Both the position numbers and the translations under genes were made by a program. Below the pieces are notes generated by a model, which saw only the letters and a list, made by a program, of their open reading frames with translations, was not told the origin of the DNA and made no database searches. A stretch of 64,000 nt of DNA from Callorhinchus milii (lineage: Eukaryota), in the NCBI RefSeq assembly GCF_018977255.1, contig NW_024704743.1, forward strand, positions 90,584,001-90,648,000, written 5' to 3'. Below, one piece after another: positions 46,301 through 61,300 of the stretch; the first letter of the stretch is position 1, and each line of letters begins with the position of its first letter.

Positions 46301-49300
46301 TGAATTGGAGTTTTTGCGTTAGTGACTATAGTGAGCATTTCAGTTCACCATTCACTCTGCATAACAAACACAGACAGATAACAGTATTTAGAGGACATTT
46401 TCTATATTATCCATTTTTTCAGGAATTCATATCAGTAAGTGTTTTAGGTCACTACATACTGTATACAATATTGTATTGTAAATCTACTGAAAATGGTTAC
46501 GTGGGAAACTTAGAATAGCAAAACGGAAAGGTAATGTGTTAGATTCATGCTTTCTTGCTCTTTAACATTTAGTCAGCCTTTTTACATTCAATGTAATGAC
46601 ATCCAACTGTGCTCCTGCTGTGGCTTAGTATTCATTTTAGTAATGCAAATCTAATAAAAAGTACCAGTGGTATTCAGGTTTGTAAGCATATTGTGATATA
46701 TCGCTGTAATCCAACCTGCCCAGGAATTTTAATCTCTTCACTGTTGAGTTTATTTTGGATTCCAGCATTATCCTTTTATGCCATCTGGCTTTGAAAATCT
46801 GGACAGGCTAAATTGGTCCAATTCTGGAGTCTAGGTTGCTGATTATGTGGTGATTTCTAACAGGATTCCTTTCTAAAGATGTATGTACGTCATGCCACAT
46901 TGTGCAAACTGCTCTGATGGGATTATATTTCTGCAGCGAGTCAGGATGATGAACGTGGTGTACTTCTGGTGACTGGTAGGAATCCCCACTCGTGGGAAGT
47001 CTCAAAAACAATTGCTTCAAATGAAATTACATCACATTGAATGAGGAAATTCTCTCCGATTAAAATGGGCTCAGTTTGGGAGTGGATTTCCCACCACTTG
47101 GTGTGCCTTACTTTTGATTACTGAAAGGAGTTCACTACTTGGGTTCTTTAATTGTGAGGATTATTTGAAACAAAGTTCCAAAATAATGAATAATCACTTG
47201 GCTAGTGAAGCATGTTACTTATGATTGTTTGATCAAGTAATCCTGCTTGAAATCCCTTGGTTTGAGATCCTAGTCTCATGAAAATGATCATCAATTAACA
47301 ATGAGATTTTAGAGATTAGTGACCTTCATTCTGCAATTGATCACAGTGTTACTTGGGACATGGTTCCTTCACTGAATGAGATGAGGTAGAGCTGGGTCCC
47401 CTAGTCAACACTTGAACAAACTCACTAATAAATACACCCTAGTCTTTTGGCTTCCCGGAATTTACTCATAAACTGGTACCAACCCTTTCTATCATGCGGT
47501 TGACCAGTACTGTGGAAGTTTGCTTCAAATAATATTAACAGTGAAGGATAAATGTTTTGACCATTTCTTTCCATAATTAAATCCTGAAAATCGATATGCC
47601 TCAAAAATAATGAAGAATGTCCTTAAAGGTCACGAAGCAGGTTTTCCACTCTTAACAGGTAAAATCCATTCCTTATGTATGTTCTGATCTGCCCAATTGT
47701 AGAACTTTTTTGTTTGGTAGAAAAGTTCAACTATTTGATAGCTGTTTTATTTTGTTGTTTGTCTCTGCACATTCCAAGCAAAATATGTGATTTGGTATTC
47801 TGTGCTGTACAACGCATAGGCAGCATTAAGGGTTTCAATGTCAGGCAATATTGGACAATATAAATGGGGATCAATAGGCCCTGTTCACACTCTGTAAAGG
47901 TGAAGAGCAATGCTGAAATGTTCATTATTTCTGTGATGGAAAACACAATAATCAGAAATAGATTCACAAATATTATTCACTCCGATCTGGAAATAGTTTG
48001 TGTTAGAGCAGAGTTCATAGATTGTCATTGCATTTTCTAGTCACTTCATTGGATCTTAGAACTTCATTTAATTGAAATACCTTTATTATCAGCAACCAGG
48101 AGGACAATAATAACTCCAAAGTCCTATTCTCCACTGTCCACCACCTCCTCCGTGAACCTCCTCAAGCAGCATCAATCATCACGTCTAACGCCAAGTGTGA
48201 AGACTTCCTTACCTCTAAAATTGACAACATCCACCCGGCAGCTTCATCGCTCTGCCCCATGTCACCTACCACCACCCCCATTCCCTCGCCCTCATGCACC
48301 CCGCCCTCAGTTCCTACCTCGGCCTCCATCCTACATTCATTTACCCCCATCCCTCCTTCCTCCCTCTCATCCACCATCACCACAATGAAACCCATCAGCT
48401 GCTGCCTCAAACGCCTTCCCAGCCAACTGCTGATCACTCAGTTCCCCCTCCTCTGCCCACTGCTGGCAGACATTATTAACCAGTCTCTCTCCTCAGGATC
48501 AGTCCCACTCGCCCTCAAAACCCCGGTCATTACCCCTCTCCTTAAAAAACCTACCCTCAATCTCTCCAACCTCAGCTAATACCGCCCTGTCTCAAACCTG
48601 TCCTTCCTTGCCAAAGCTCTGAAATGCATTATTGCCAACCAACTTTGTGCACACAACAACAACAACAACAAGATTCCATTTATAGAGCGTCGGGAGGACG
48701 TCCCAAGGCGCTGTACAGTTGGGTCAGGAACTGAGCAAGGGGGAAATGGTCAGGGTGAGGGGAGGGGAGGGAAGGGAGGGAGCGAGGAGGGGGTAGAGAG
48801 TCGAGAGGGGAGCTGAAGGCACGGTCAAAAAGAAAGGTCTTGAGACCGGCCTTGAAGGAGGAAAGGGAGGAGGCGGCGAAGGCACTGGGGATGGAGTTCC
48901 AGAGCCTAGGGCTGAGAGGCTGAAGGCCCGGCACCGATGGTAGGGCGGTTGGGGCGGGGGATGTGGAGCAGACCGGAGCCAGAGGAACGGAGGGTACAGG
49001 TAGGTAGGGGGATAGTAGGTCGGAGAGGTAGGAGGGAGCGAGGCCGTGAATGGCCTTGTAGGTGAGGATGAGGATCTTGAATTCGATCCTCTGGGGGATG
49101 GAGCCAGTGGAGGCAAGCGAGGGTGGGAGTGATGTGGTCCGAAGCCTGGTGCGGGACAGTACACGAGCTGCAGAGTTCTGAATGACCTGCAGCTTGTGGA
49201 GGGAGGTGCCGGGAAGGCCGGCGAGGAGAGAGTTCCCATAGTCCAGCCTTGAGGTGATAAAGGCGTGGACCAGAGTTTCAGCAGCGTGAGGGTGAGGTAA

Positions 49301-52300
49301 TGCCGTAGTCTGGCGATGTTCCGGAGGTGATGGAAGGTGGTGCCAGTTGTGGCGCAGATATGAGGGAGAAAGGACAGCTCAGGGTTGAATAGAACACCAA
49401 GGTTCCTGACTGGCTTTGAGAGGTGGAGAGTGCAGCCTACTCGAACCCATCCAGTCCGGTTTCCTCTCTGCCCACAGTACAGAGACAGCGCTCGTGAAGG
49501 TCACAAACAATATCCTCTCTATCTGTGACCAGGGCTCCCTCTGCCTCCTGGATCTCTCCACCATGTTTGACACAGTTGATCACGCCATCCTCCTCCACCG
49601 CTTGTCCTCCATCATCCACCTCAGTGGGACCGCACTCGCTTGGTTCGAGTCCTACCTTACAAACCGCCAGCACTATATTTCTGCAAATGGCTTTTCTTCT
49701 CGCTTTCACCCAGTCACCTGGGAGTACCCCAAGAATCCATCCTTGGCCCCCTTCTCTTCCTCGTCTATATGCTCCCTCTCGGTGATGTCATCCGCAGACA
49801 CGGGATTAACTTTCACATGTATGCAGATGACACTCAACTCTACTTTTCCACCTCCACCTGTGACCCCCAGTCCCCTGATGTTCTGTCATCTTGTCTGTCG
49901 GACATCAGGAGCTGGATGAGTGCAAATTTCCTGCAGTTAAACGTCAACAAGACAGAAGCCATACTCTTTGGCTCCCACCAATGTCTTCTGACCTCCTCAA
50001 TTTACCCGAACTGCCCTTAAAACTCTCTTAACCCATGCGGAACTTAGGCACCAGGTTTGATCCCCAGTTGTCCTTCCTCCCCCACATTCGGTCCCTGACC
50101 AGCACCGCTTTCTTCCATCTCTGCCACATTGCCCATCTCCGACAATATTTCACCTCTAAAACTGCCGAAACTCTTGTCCATGCCTTTGTCAACTCTCGGT
50201 TGGACTACTCTAATGCCCTCCTCACCGGTCTCCCCTCCTCCACTATTCACAAAATTCAGCTCATTCAAAACTCCGCTGCCCACATTTTCACCCGCACCAA
50301 ACTTTGTACCCTGATTACTCCAGTCATTGCCAAATTCCACTGGCTCCCGGTCACAGGGCAGATCGACTTCAAGATCCTTACTCTAGTGTTTAAATCCCTC
50401 CATTTCTTTGCACCTCCCCATCTCTCTAACCTCCTCTCTCCCCACAGCACTCTACCTAGTCAATTTTGCACCCTTTCCCGACTGGAATCATGATCTGGGT
50501 TAATATTTGTGCAGTGTTGCACAGTAGCCACAAGTATGTTTTATGATATTGGAATGGTGAGAGTCAGCTTGGAAGCTTTGAGTGGCAGATTTCTTCACAA
50601 CCCAGTATCATTGGCAAGAAGCACAACTGAAGAAGATCATTTAGACCTTTATACACAGCCAAGTCCCTACATTGCACAAGCTCACAGAGTCTATCGATGC
50701 TCAGAGAGCCCATCAATCCAGGAATTGTCAAAACCCACCAAATAATACAGGCAGAGCAAGAAGCAGTTTGGTATCTGAGCTGTGACTTTACACTAAGGAT
50801 GCACTTGGCCAGCAAGATATCAGATGTAATATACATATACATTCTGCTTTGAGATATGAAAACATACTGTACAACTTCAAATCTTGAAGCAATAACTGGG
50901 ATAATTAAAATAATACCAAATTACATTTCTATAGCACTTTTCATGTCGCTAAGATGTCACAAAGCATTGAAAAGAATATAATATAAATCAGTTTTAACCA
51001 AAACCAGTTTTAGCATCTTGAGAATAGCCCCTGGTATTTACAGTCATCACCTGTTAAATTCATCTTAGATATTATATGCTCTTAACCAAAATTGCTCCCT
51101 TCAGATATAAAAGCAACTGCAGCCTCTGTTTGATCTGAAGATTTGTAGTTGGGACAAAAGCACTAAGAGGAATTTGTTCTTTAGTGATTATGTTTCATTA
51201 CATCGAGACTCAACTATGCAAACTCACTACTTTATCACACCTTTGAGACATCTCAAAGTGCTTCACAGAATATACTGTTAAATGAAATGACTGTATATTT
51301 TGTGGGCGAATCTCGGCAGCCAATTGCGCACAGCAGTGTCCCACAAACAATCGTGGGTTGAGTGACCAAATTATTAATATTATTTTTTGAAGGGATTATT
51401 CTGCCAACCAACTAACAACTGAGTTCCTACTTACTGCAAGTAAACAGGTGTCTGGAGTAAGGAAACTTGACCAACGTTTTTCCCTGCCTGGGAATCAAAC
51501 CCAGGTCTTCTTGCTTGCAAGGCAAATGCTCTGACCACTAAGCTACAGGACTCCACAGGCCTTAACACAGGCCTTTATTATGGAGAATAAATACTATGAT
51601 AGCAGAACTCTTTCTGTTTCAAAAACACAAAAAATGCTTGGCTTTGCAGACTCAAGCAGGCAATGCAAAGATAGAGGGGAACTGTAGAATCAGAGGGCTG
51701 ATCACTGGCAAATGATTTGCCTACCAATACAGAGTCACTAAACATTACAGAAAAACTATACAACACTCTGAGACTTTTGACATAATGAGGCGCTATATCA
51801 AATGCAAGGATTACTATTATTATTAAAGGTTGTTCAATGCAGATAGAACTTGTTAGGGGGCAGTTGGATGGGACTTAGAGATGTTGCTTACCACATCTGT
51901 GTCCGAACACTGTAGCAGGAACATAGCAATAATTTGTACATATTCAAAAATTTTGTTTAGGATGAGCATCTCACAACATTTCACAAATACTATTGGGATT
52001 CCCAAGGAAAATGCAAGAGCTTTGAGATGTTAAGCCAAAGTCATGTCTGCCTGCTCAGATGGACAATAAAGATTCCATTGGCAGTATTCAAAAATAAAAG
52101 AAAGTTTCTCCTGGTATCATGTCCAACAATCCCGCAGCTAAAATTGGACATTCACTTCATGATTCATTGTGGTAAATTGTTGTACGCAAATTGGCTGCCT
52201 CATTTATCTACAAAATAGAGTCTCTATACTTTACAACATTTTGTGAAGCTCTTTGAGATGTCTCCCAGAGGCAAGGAATGTTATTATTCATTCTCATTTT

Positions 52301-55300
52301 CTCCATTCTTTATTATATGTGTTCATTGTGATTTAGTTCAATGTAATAGAGTAAACCACATCTAAAAATCTTGGAATGTGCAAAATGGCATGACTTGTTT
52401 GGCTTTCATACATCTCATACACATATGGTGCTTACAATGTGCCCTGGGATTTTTTGCAATGCAACAGGGATTTACAGGAAACACGTGGAGTAAAGCACAT
52501 TATTACGAAAATTGACTATGCTAAAGTCACGTTGTTTGCGAAGAGGGCATGTCTTTCAGTTAACAAATAATAGCGGCACAAACACTTTATTGCAAGTAAT
52601 AATGTAAAAATTGCAATATTGCAAAAATTCTTGCAGACAATTAAGGTACAAATAATTGAAAGGCACTGTTAATAAAGCAGGTCATTTCATTAGCCTGTGC
52701 TGTGGAGCTAAGCTTCTAAATCATTCAGTTGTTTTCAATTTCATTGTTCATGTGGAATAGATTACAGGTGCAGATGGGGTGACTCTAGAGCAATATTAAA
52801 GAATCAAATATGCCAGTACTGAGAAAAAAATACCGTAAGGTACCCACTGACTCTTGGCTTGTATAATTATTTTTTGGAAAAAAATCCTATTAAACATATT
52901 TTCGATAATAAAAAGCACTAAACAGTCAACCACTCAGCTAAGTATTTGTTACAAATCTGGTAGCAATAACACAGAAAAACAAAATAACCTGGTCAGTTAA
53001 GAAAATAAGTAATCTATCTTTATTATCATTTATACTAATAAAATAACAATGTCTGTCTGTGCTTCAAGAAGGATTTCAATAATCGATTGAAGTAGAGACA
53101 TGATTTATACCTCATCGGAAAGGTCTTACACCTGGGAGTGGCACGGGCATATTTATTTTTGGGTATCTCCTGTCATTCATGAGTTATTTTCAGTTTTGCG
53201 TTTTTCGCTGCAGTTACACCTGGTGTCGCCGAGTCGAAGTGGCACTGTGGCATCCTGCGTCACAGAGCACACACGTACCCAAGCGATGAGAACAAAATAA
53301 AGAACACAAACAAAGCTAAGCCGCGGCAACAACAAAATTACATTATTAAAGTGCCTTTCACATCGGGAGGACGTTCCAGTGATTATAAATATATATTTAT
53401 ATTTATCATTATAAAGATGCCTAAGCAAAAATCAAACCTTTCAAGTATAAGTAGAAATACTAGACAAAAATGAGAAGGCCCATAAACGAAACTGAAGAAC
53501 AAAGTCAACCCGCAGGAGTCCTCCCACATGAGTATAGATAAAGCTGAAATGTCTGTCTATGTGTCTGTCTGTGTGTCAACCAACATTCCATATTGGATCC
53601 TTTGGTTGCAAGCAAAGCTGCAATGGGTACAACTAGTATAAAATAACTAGCTTTGAATCTGAAACTGTTTGGTACAGACAGCAAGTACCTACATGTATTA
53701 GTTACACTAAGACCATCCAAATATGGCCAACTCTCATTAAAACACTTATTTTCTGATGGAGGAGCTTTACATTTGATCAATTATTTTCCATTCTGGAGCC
53801 TTGCTAAAGAACAGTTAATCCCTGCACATATGGCCTTAGAACAATATGTCCACAGCTTTGACTCTCTGAAAGTTAGCAGTGAAAATTGCAATATGCAATG
53901 TGTTGATTATCCCTGACTGTGTTTGTCCCCCCAAAATCTAAGACAGTCCTTAATTATCGTCTAGTTTGAATGTAACACCCCACTTTGCTAACCATAGTGC
54001 AAAAAAATGGGTTTCATTGAGCTATCTGTGAAATCAAAAGCAAATGGTAAAGTTTGGCTGATTATTTCAATGTCTCGCAGGTTAGGATGAATGAGATGAT
54101 GACCAATTAATCTGAAGGATTGTTGTTTGGAGAAAACTACATTCCCTATTTAAATATTGTTATAGATCTTCAATACTCACCTAAACATGCATCGGGACTT
54201 TGGTTTAATATCTCATCCAAAAAATAGCACCTCCAACAATACAGCATTTGCCCAGTGTCAACCAAATCTATAAGGTCAAGTCCCAACATGGAACTTGTAC
54301 TTACAGCTTTTTGACCTAGAATTAAGAGTGCTACCAGCTGAGCCAAGCTGAAGAATTTATGTTCAAAATTATGTCAAACCGCATGCAATCAACCTGCCAG
54401 TACACTGAATTTCACATTGGTTTGTTCTTACGAATTTGAAGTCACAGAAAGTAGGTGAAGTTCAATAAGCAGTTTGTCGAATAATAGGTGAAAGCAATCT
54501 TCAAACAAATCTCCCTTTCGATTGGAACGTAGAACATAATGGAGGAACTATGAAGGTGAGGTGAAGTTCGGTACCAAATACCGTGTTTACAAAATATGTT
54601 ATGGAATCTGTTATGGAACATTACCTTTTGCAATGTAAAGACTATGTATGTGTATTCTCAATGTCCCACCCACCTCCGACTTCAGCACCAAACCAATTCC
54701 AAGATTTTCAGTCTGCAGCTTGGACTCCCATTAAATTTAATGTTCCGGATATTGCAACAAGCATTTCAGTGCCACTTCATAGGTTATCGAGCAATGCTGC
54801 TCCCATCACAGAGGCACTGAAACGTTGTTATTGGAAACAACAATGGCATAATGGAAATCATTGAGATAACCAGCGATCTGAAGTTAGTGGGGAGTTGGCA
54901 GTTTCACCAGTGGTCATTATTTAGGAATAGATGTAAAATGAACTTCTTTTGCTGAGGACTACCAAAATTCTTGTAAAGCCAAGATCTTCATCCCTGAGTC
55001 TCTATACTGTACCATCAGCTCACTGTAGACTCTGTATGGGCTTCAACTCCTTCTGTCCAATGAGCAAAGCCTAGTTGTCAGAGTGAGACCATAAGGGGTA
55101 GAGATAGTGTAGCACTCCGGGACGCTACCACCCATGAAGGGTGCTATATAAATGCAAGTTGTCGTAGCCTCATCTGCCTTTTTCTTGCCAGTTGTATGTG
55201 TGATATGTTCTTTGTCAGAAACCTGTTCTACAGGTGTGAATGTCTTCTTCATTGTGTGCAGGTAAGTGTATGCTTGTGATTTGATGTTAATGAAGCCTTC

Positions 55301-58300
55301 CATGTCGAACTCGCCATGATGTCTGTGCCTGATTTCCAACTCCCTTTCAAGTTATCATGCTATTTTATGATTGTATTTTTATTTTATCTAATTGTTTTTC
55401 AGACTTCTGGCTAGATCTCAGATGCTTTGTAGACTTGAATTAAACAAATTATACAGTTGCTATACAACTATGTCCTGAATGTGGCTACATAAACTGTACA
55501 ACTGGCTGGAACAACATAGGAAAGGTTAAAGAATCAGGATGTAGATTAAAAGTCAGACTTCTAGGGTAGTAGTCTCTAGATTATTAGTTGAGCTACGCAG
55601 AGGACCAGACAGGAAGGCACAGAGTAGGCTTCTGACTGTGTGGCTTGATGAATGGTACAAAAGGGAGACATTGAGAGACAATGAGATCATTTCTAAGAAA
55701 GGAGGGAGCTGTTCAGGAAGTAAAAGCTTAACCTAAACTAAAATGGAAATAATGTTCTAGTGGGAGCAATTCAACTAATGAGCTGAGTGGAGAACGCCTC
55801 AAAGTGCTTCACTAGATTTACTGTAAAGCGCAGTGACTGTATTTTGTGAACAAACATGGCAGCTCATTTGGGCACAGTAATGTCCACAAACAGGCATAAT
55901 TGAATGAACAGTTTTATCTGGAAGATTGTTGGCGACAACATTGGGAGAAACTCCTTTCTCATTTCAAGTGGTACTATGCGATCCACCTGAACAGGCAGAC
56001 AGAATTTTGGTTTTAAAGTCTCATCAAAAAGAACAACCCATTTGACAAAGCAGTACATCTCCAGCACTGCATTCGAGTGTCAGTTTAGACTATGTGAGTT
56101 CAATGTCCCAAAATAGAGCTTGAACTCACAACCTTCTGATTCAGAGGCAAGAGTGCTAACAATTGAGCCAGGCCAACATCTAAACAATGATTAGTGAATC
56201 ACTGTCTATTATTTTATTTTTAATTATTTTGTTTTAGCTACTAGACGTGAAGCGTGCTATATAAATGTTTTTGTACCTCCTGACTTATGGACTAGGTAAA
56301 GACTAAGATATCTAGTACTTTTCCTTGTGCTCTTCATTAATCTCACAAGTATGTTTATCCAAATCACATGCCCGAGTAAAAAAAATCAAATTAACCGCTT
56401 TCAATAAATACATTGTCCTTTTAATGTAACAACTTTAGGTTCATGGTTCAACATCATGGCTCAACATGTTACAAATATATGTGTAATGAATGACAGCTTA
56501 AAATCCTTGTGGATTTAAGGTATGGAAACCAGTCGCATTAAAACTAAATGGCGAGCATTTTAATATGATAAATTAATTGATTTTTATCTTTAAGTGATTC
56601 ACAGACGAGTAAATACCTTTGCATGAAAATTTAGATACAAATCAATAAATAAACTTTATCTTCTGAAGTATCAAACACCTTCTTACAATTGTCTAGAGCA
56701 GAGAAAACAGGTTAAGATATGATCCTAAGTAACGTAGATAAACTAATAGAAACAGTTCATAACACTGTATCTAAAGCAGTGTTTTTTAAGATTCTGCAAA
56801 CAGCACAATTACAAGGAATGCCTTTGCTTGAGGGCTGCTCTCCGGAATGCTGCAATGCACTGCACCCTCCATTCACCATACGATGAGATTGTACGTTTAA
56901 TCATTCCACTGGCCATTTGCCAAGGAAAGGGGAGCACCGTTTATTTAAAGATATAGATCCTATAGAGCACTTTCACTTGCTTTATAGATGCTTGAATAAA
57001 ACTGTCACTTGGTGAAGCGATGGATCACAGTTCTGGCAGTGTCCCACAGTTAGGCGAGCCCAAAATACAGAGCAGCAGGTCTGCCAAAGGCCAAAAGTGA
57101 ATGAGAAGAGAGCTGTGAATGGTCCATTGTGAACACTGTATTCCAGTGTATTACTGTCGAAGCCCTGAATATTTGGAGATTCTTTCCTCAGATTGAGATG
57201 TTAAAATTACTACCTTTATTCAGGCGGACAATAAGATCCCATGAGACTATTTGAAAAGAGAAGAGAGTTTATCCCAGTATCCCAGCTACCAATCCTCCAG
57301 ATAACTCGATCATTCACCTCATGGCATTAATTAAATTTTCTGTGTGCAAAATGTTCACTACATTTATCAAAAACAGTACACTCAACAACAATTGCTACTT
57401 TTAGTTGTAATTGTACAAATGTAGCACTGTAAGTCCTTTTATACACTGTGAGGTGACAAATGCTGCTTTCAATGCCTTAATTATCACACCAACAAATACT
57501 GCAATCCAAACCTATCTTTAACTATTGATAATTTTGGTTGTAAACATCACTCACCTCCACTTTGGCACAAAAGTTTGGTCCAAAGACTGTTTCCAAAATA
57601 TTACTCACTTAATGATGATAGGCATAGTTCTTTTTGTTAATCTTGTAGCCAGTGTTTAAATGCTGCTTCTCTGCACGCCAGTTTTCCTACTTTATCCTAC
57701 TTGTGGCTACAACAATAACCTACATTTATATAGCACCCTTCATGTGGGTAGCATATTGAAGCGCTTGAAGCTGAAGCCATTTATAATAATCCTTGCATTT
57801 GAAAAAGCTCCTTTTCACATCTTCGAGACGTCTCAAAGCACTTAACAGAATATACTGTAAAGTGAATTGACTGTATATTTTGTGGGTGAAACGCAACAGT
57901 GAATTGCGCAAAGCAGTGTCCCACAAACATTCATGGAGTGAGTAACCAATTTTTTTTAAGAGATTATTATCCCTGGAAAAGCGATCTGGCAATCGATTAA
58001 CAACCGAGTTCCTACTTACTGCTAGGTAAACAGAGGCGTGTGGAGTAAGGAAACTTCCCCAACATTTCGCCCTGCCAGGGAATCAAACCCAAGTCCTCTC
58101 GTTTGTGAAGTGAGTGCTCTAACCACTAAGCTACAGGACTCCAAGATTTGCCACAACTAGTCCAGGCCGATGCTTACACTCCAAGTGATCCTCCACCCAT
58201 CCTTATCCGCCCTTTTCTAGTCCCCCACACCCATTTCTCTCTCATAGCTGCATGGAACACTACTTTCTGCAATGAGAAACAATAAGTAGAGCACTTATTC

Positions 58301-61300
58301 TATGTGAAACTCTGCCATCACACCCCTGAAGTTTTCCCATCTAACTTCTACACTTGAGTTCAGTTGATAGTTTGAACCTTTTTCCAAGTCACAGTGAATA
58401 TTATTGAGCTATGGTCACTGTCACCTGGAAGATCAACTACAGTAAAATCCTGATAACTTGTCACTTCAGGAGAAAAGGGCTTAGTGACGGAGTAGTGAGC
58501 TAGGAATACATAAATACATAAATAAATTAGTTAATAAGGTAACTGCCCCAGTGGGATCCCTGATGCAGTGCCTCAGGAAACAGTCAATGCATTACATTAC
58601 AATGTGGTAGAAGTTTTATATCCACATCATACTTTTTTAAGGATGGATTTTACGTTCAGTTCATGTACCAATTGAAACAACTCATTGTCCAGTTAATGGC
58701 AATAGGCAGACATGTATCTTACTGGTCCTTCCTTCTTCCACTAACCAAGAGGTGTCCAGGTTGCACATACAGTTCGGTCTCCACGCACAATTTTCACTTC
58801 ATGCAGTTTTCGTACACCCTCACTTTATGAATTCAGATTCTAATTCAGAAAACCTGTTTAAAACTTAATAGTTATGTTTTCTGAGGGGAGTGTACCAGAA
58901 TTAACTTTTTAGAGTGTTCTTTGTTGCTGTGCATATTATGATGTATATGTGTGCATTCAGTCAGCCACTGAACTGATCAAATTACTGTTGGAAATCACAG
59001 TGATTTTCCATCGAATAATACAGCTGCTGATTAAATACATGTCTCTTGGCGTGGACAATTGAAAGGCTGCCTAACTGTTTGAAAACTACCAGGTGTGGAG
59101 TCACTCTGACATAATAGTAACCTGTTCTTAAACAATTAATTAAAAAATAAAAATGTATTTTCACATACCTTATTGTACATGGCATCTGTACATACAATAC
59201 AAATTTACATTTATATAGCACCTTTCACATTGGGAGGACATGTATATATAATGGATGGTTGTATATAACATGTCTATATAATATAGTTATATAAAACATT
59301 TGCATATAACATGATTGTATATAACATCTATACATTCATATAGATTTATTTAAATTGTACAGCACAGAATCAAGCTATTAGTGCCAACTGTGTCAGCATT
59401 TATATTCCACATGAATCTCCACTCACTCATCGAATCATAGAATCATAGAATCGTACAGCCCAAAAAGAGGCCATTCGGCCCATCGAGTCTGTGCCGGCTC
59501 TTTGAAAAGAGCAATGTAATGTCAATTCCACTCCCCAGCGCTTTCCCCATAACCCTGCAAACCCGTCCTCCTCAAATACCTGTCCACCACGTTTTTAAAA
59601 GTAGTTATCGAATCGGCCTCGACCACCCTTTCAGGCAATGCGTTCCAGATTCGAACAACTCACTGCGTGAAAAAAATTCTTCTCACCTCCCCTCTGCTTC
59701 TTTTGGAGACTATTTTGATTCTGTGACCTCGAGTCACCGACACACCCACCAGTGGAAACAGATTTTCCCTTTCCATCCTATCAAATCCCCTCATGATTTT
59801 GAAGACCTCTATTAGGTCTCCTCGTAACCTTCTCTGCTCCAATGAGAATAATCCCAGCCTCTCCAGCCTTTCCTCATAAACAAGGTCCCTCATTCCTGGT
59901 ACCATCCTCATAAATCTCCTCTGCAGCCTTTCCAATGCCTTAACATCCTTCCTATAGTGTGGTGCCCAGAACTGGCGCACTATTCTAACTGAGGCCTAAC
60001 CAGTGTTTTATATAGGTTAATCATAACCTCTTGACTCTTGTACTCTATGCCCCTATTTATAAAGCCTAGTATCCCATATGCCCTTTTTACAGCTTTATCT
60101 ACCTGTCCTGCCACCTTCAAGGATTCATTTACCTGAACCCCCAGGTCTCTCTGTTCTTTTACCCCCCTTAAGATTGTATTACCAGCCTATATTGCCTCCC
60201 CTCATTCTTTCTACCAAAATGCATTACCTCTCATTTCTCCACATTGAAATTCATCTGCCATGTGTCTGCCCATTTTACCATTCTGTCTATGTCTTCCTGC
60301 AGTTGGCTACTATCCTTCTCACTGTTTACTACCCTATCCAACTTTGTGTAGTCCGCAAACTTGAAAATGGCACTTGCTATACCCAAGTCCAGATCATTTA
60401 TGTATATTAAGAAGAGCAGTGGTCCTAATATCGATCCCTGGGGGACGCTACTGTACACTTCCCTCCAGTCAGAAAAGCAGCCGTTCACCACAACTCTCTG
60501 CTTTCTGTCTCCCAGCCAGTTCTGGATCCATGCTGCCACTGTCCCTTTTATACCATGGGCTTCTATCTTTCTTACAAGTCTTTCATGTGGCACTTTGTCA
60601 AATGCCTTTTGAAAGTCCATATAAACTACATCAACTGCACTACCTTTATCCACCCTCTCTGTTACCTCATCGAAAAATTCTATTAGATATGTTAGACAAG
60701 ATTTGCCTTTAACAAATCCGTGCTGGCTGTCCCTAATTAACCCATATTCTTCTAAGTGAAGATTTATTCTGACCCGGATTTATTCACTCCCAAAACTTGA
60801 TATTCCCTCACCCTCATGTGATTATCTAGCTTCCTCTTAAATGCATGTATAAATGTATAAAGGATGGTTGTATCTATAATTTCTATTTAACATTGTTGTG
60901 TATTACATCTGTGTATAACATGGTTGTATATAACAGATGGTTATATATAACAAGAGGAATTAAATGTAATGGTGGAAATGGATCACTTGTTCATCTGTGA
61001 CTCAAACCTAATTCCATGCCATGTACACTCCCAAGATAGTTATACAAGACAAGCATTTGATTTGCTCGGCATATGCTTGTATCAGCAGGAAAACATTTAG
61101 CAGTCTGGCTGTAAGTGGAATACAATGTAACAGTGATCTCAAGTCATTACAATAATGTACTGTTAAAAACTGCCTACTGGGGTCAAATGTTGTGTACCTA
61201 TCCTTAAAATAGGGCAATGATGCCTGTAATTACAATAAAGCCTGTAATTACAATAAAATCTGCAATTACACTCAACTAATTATCTGCAAAGTTTTTGCAG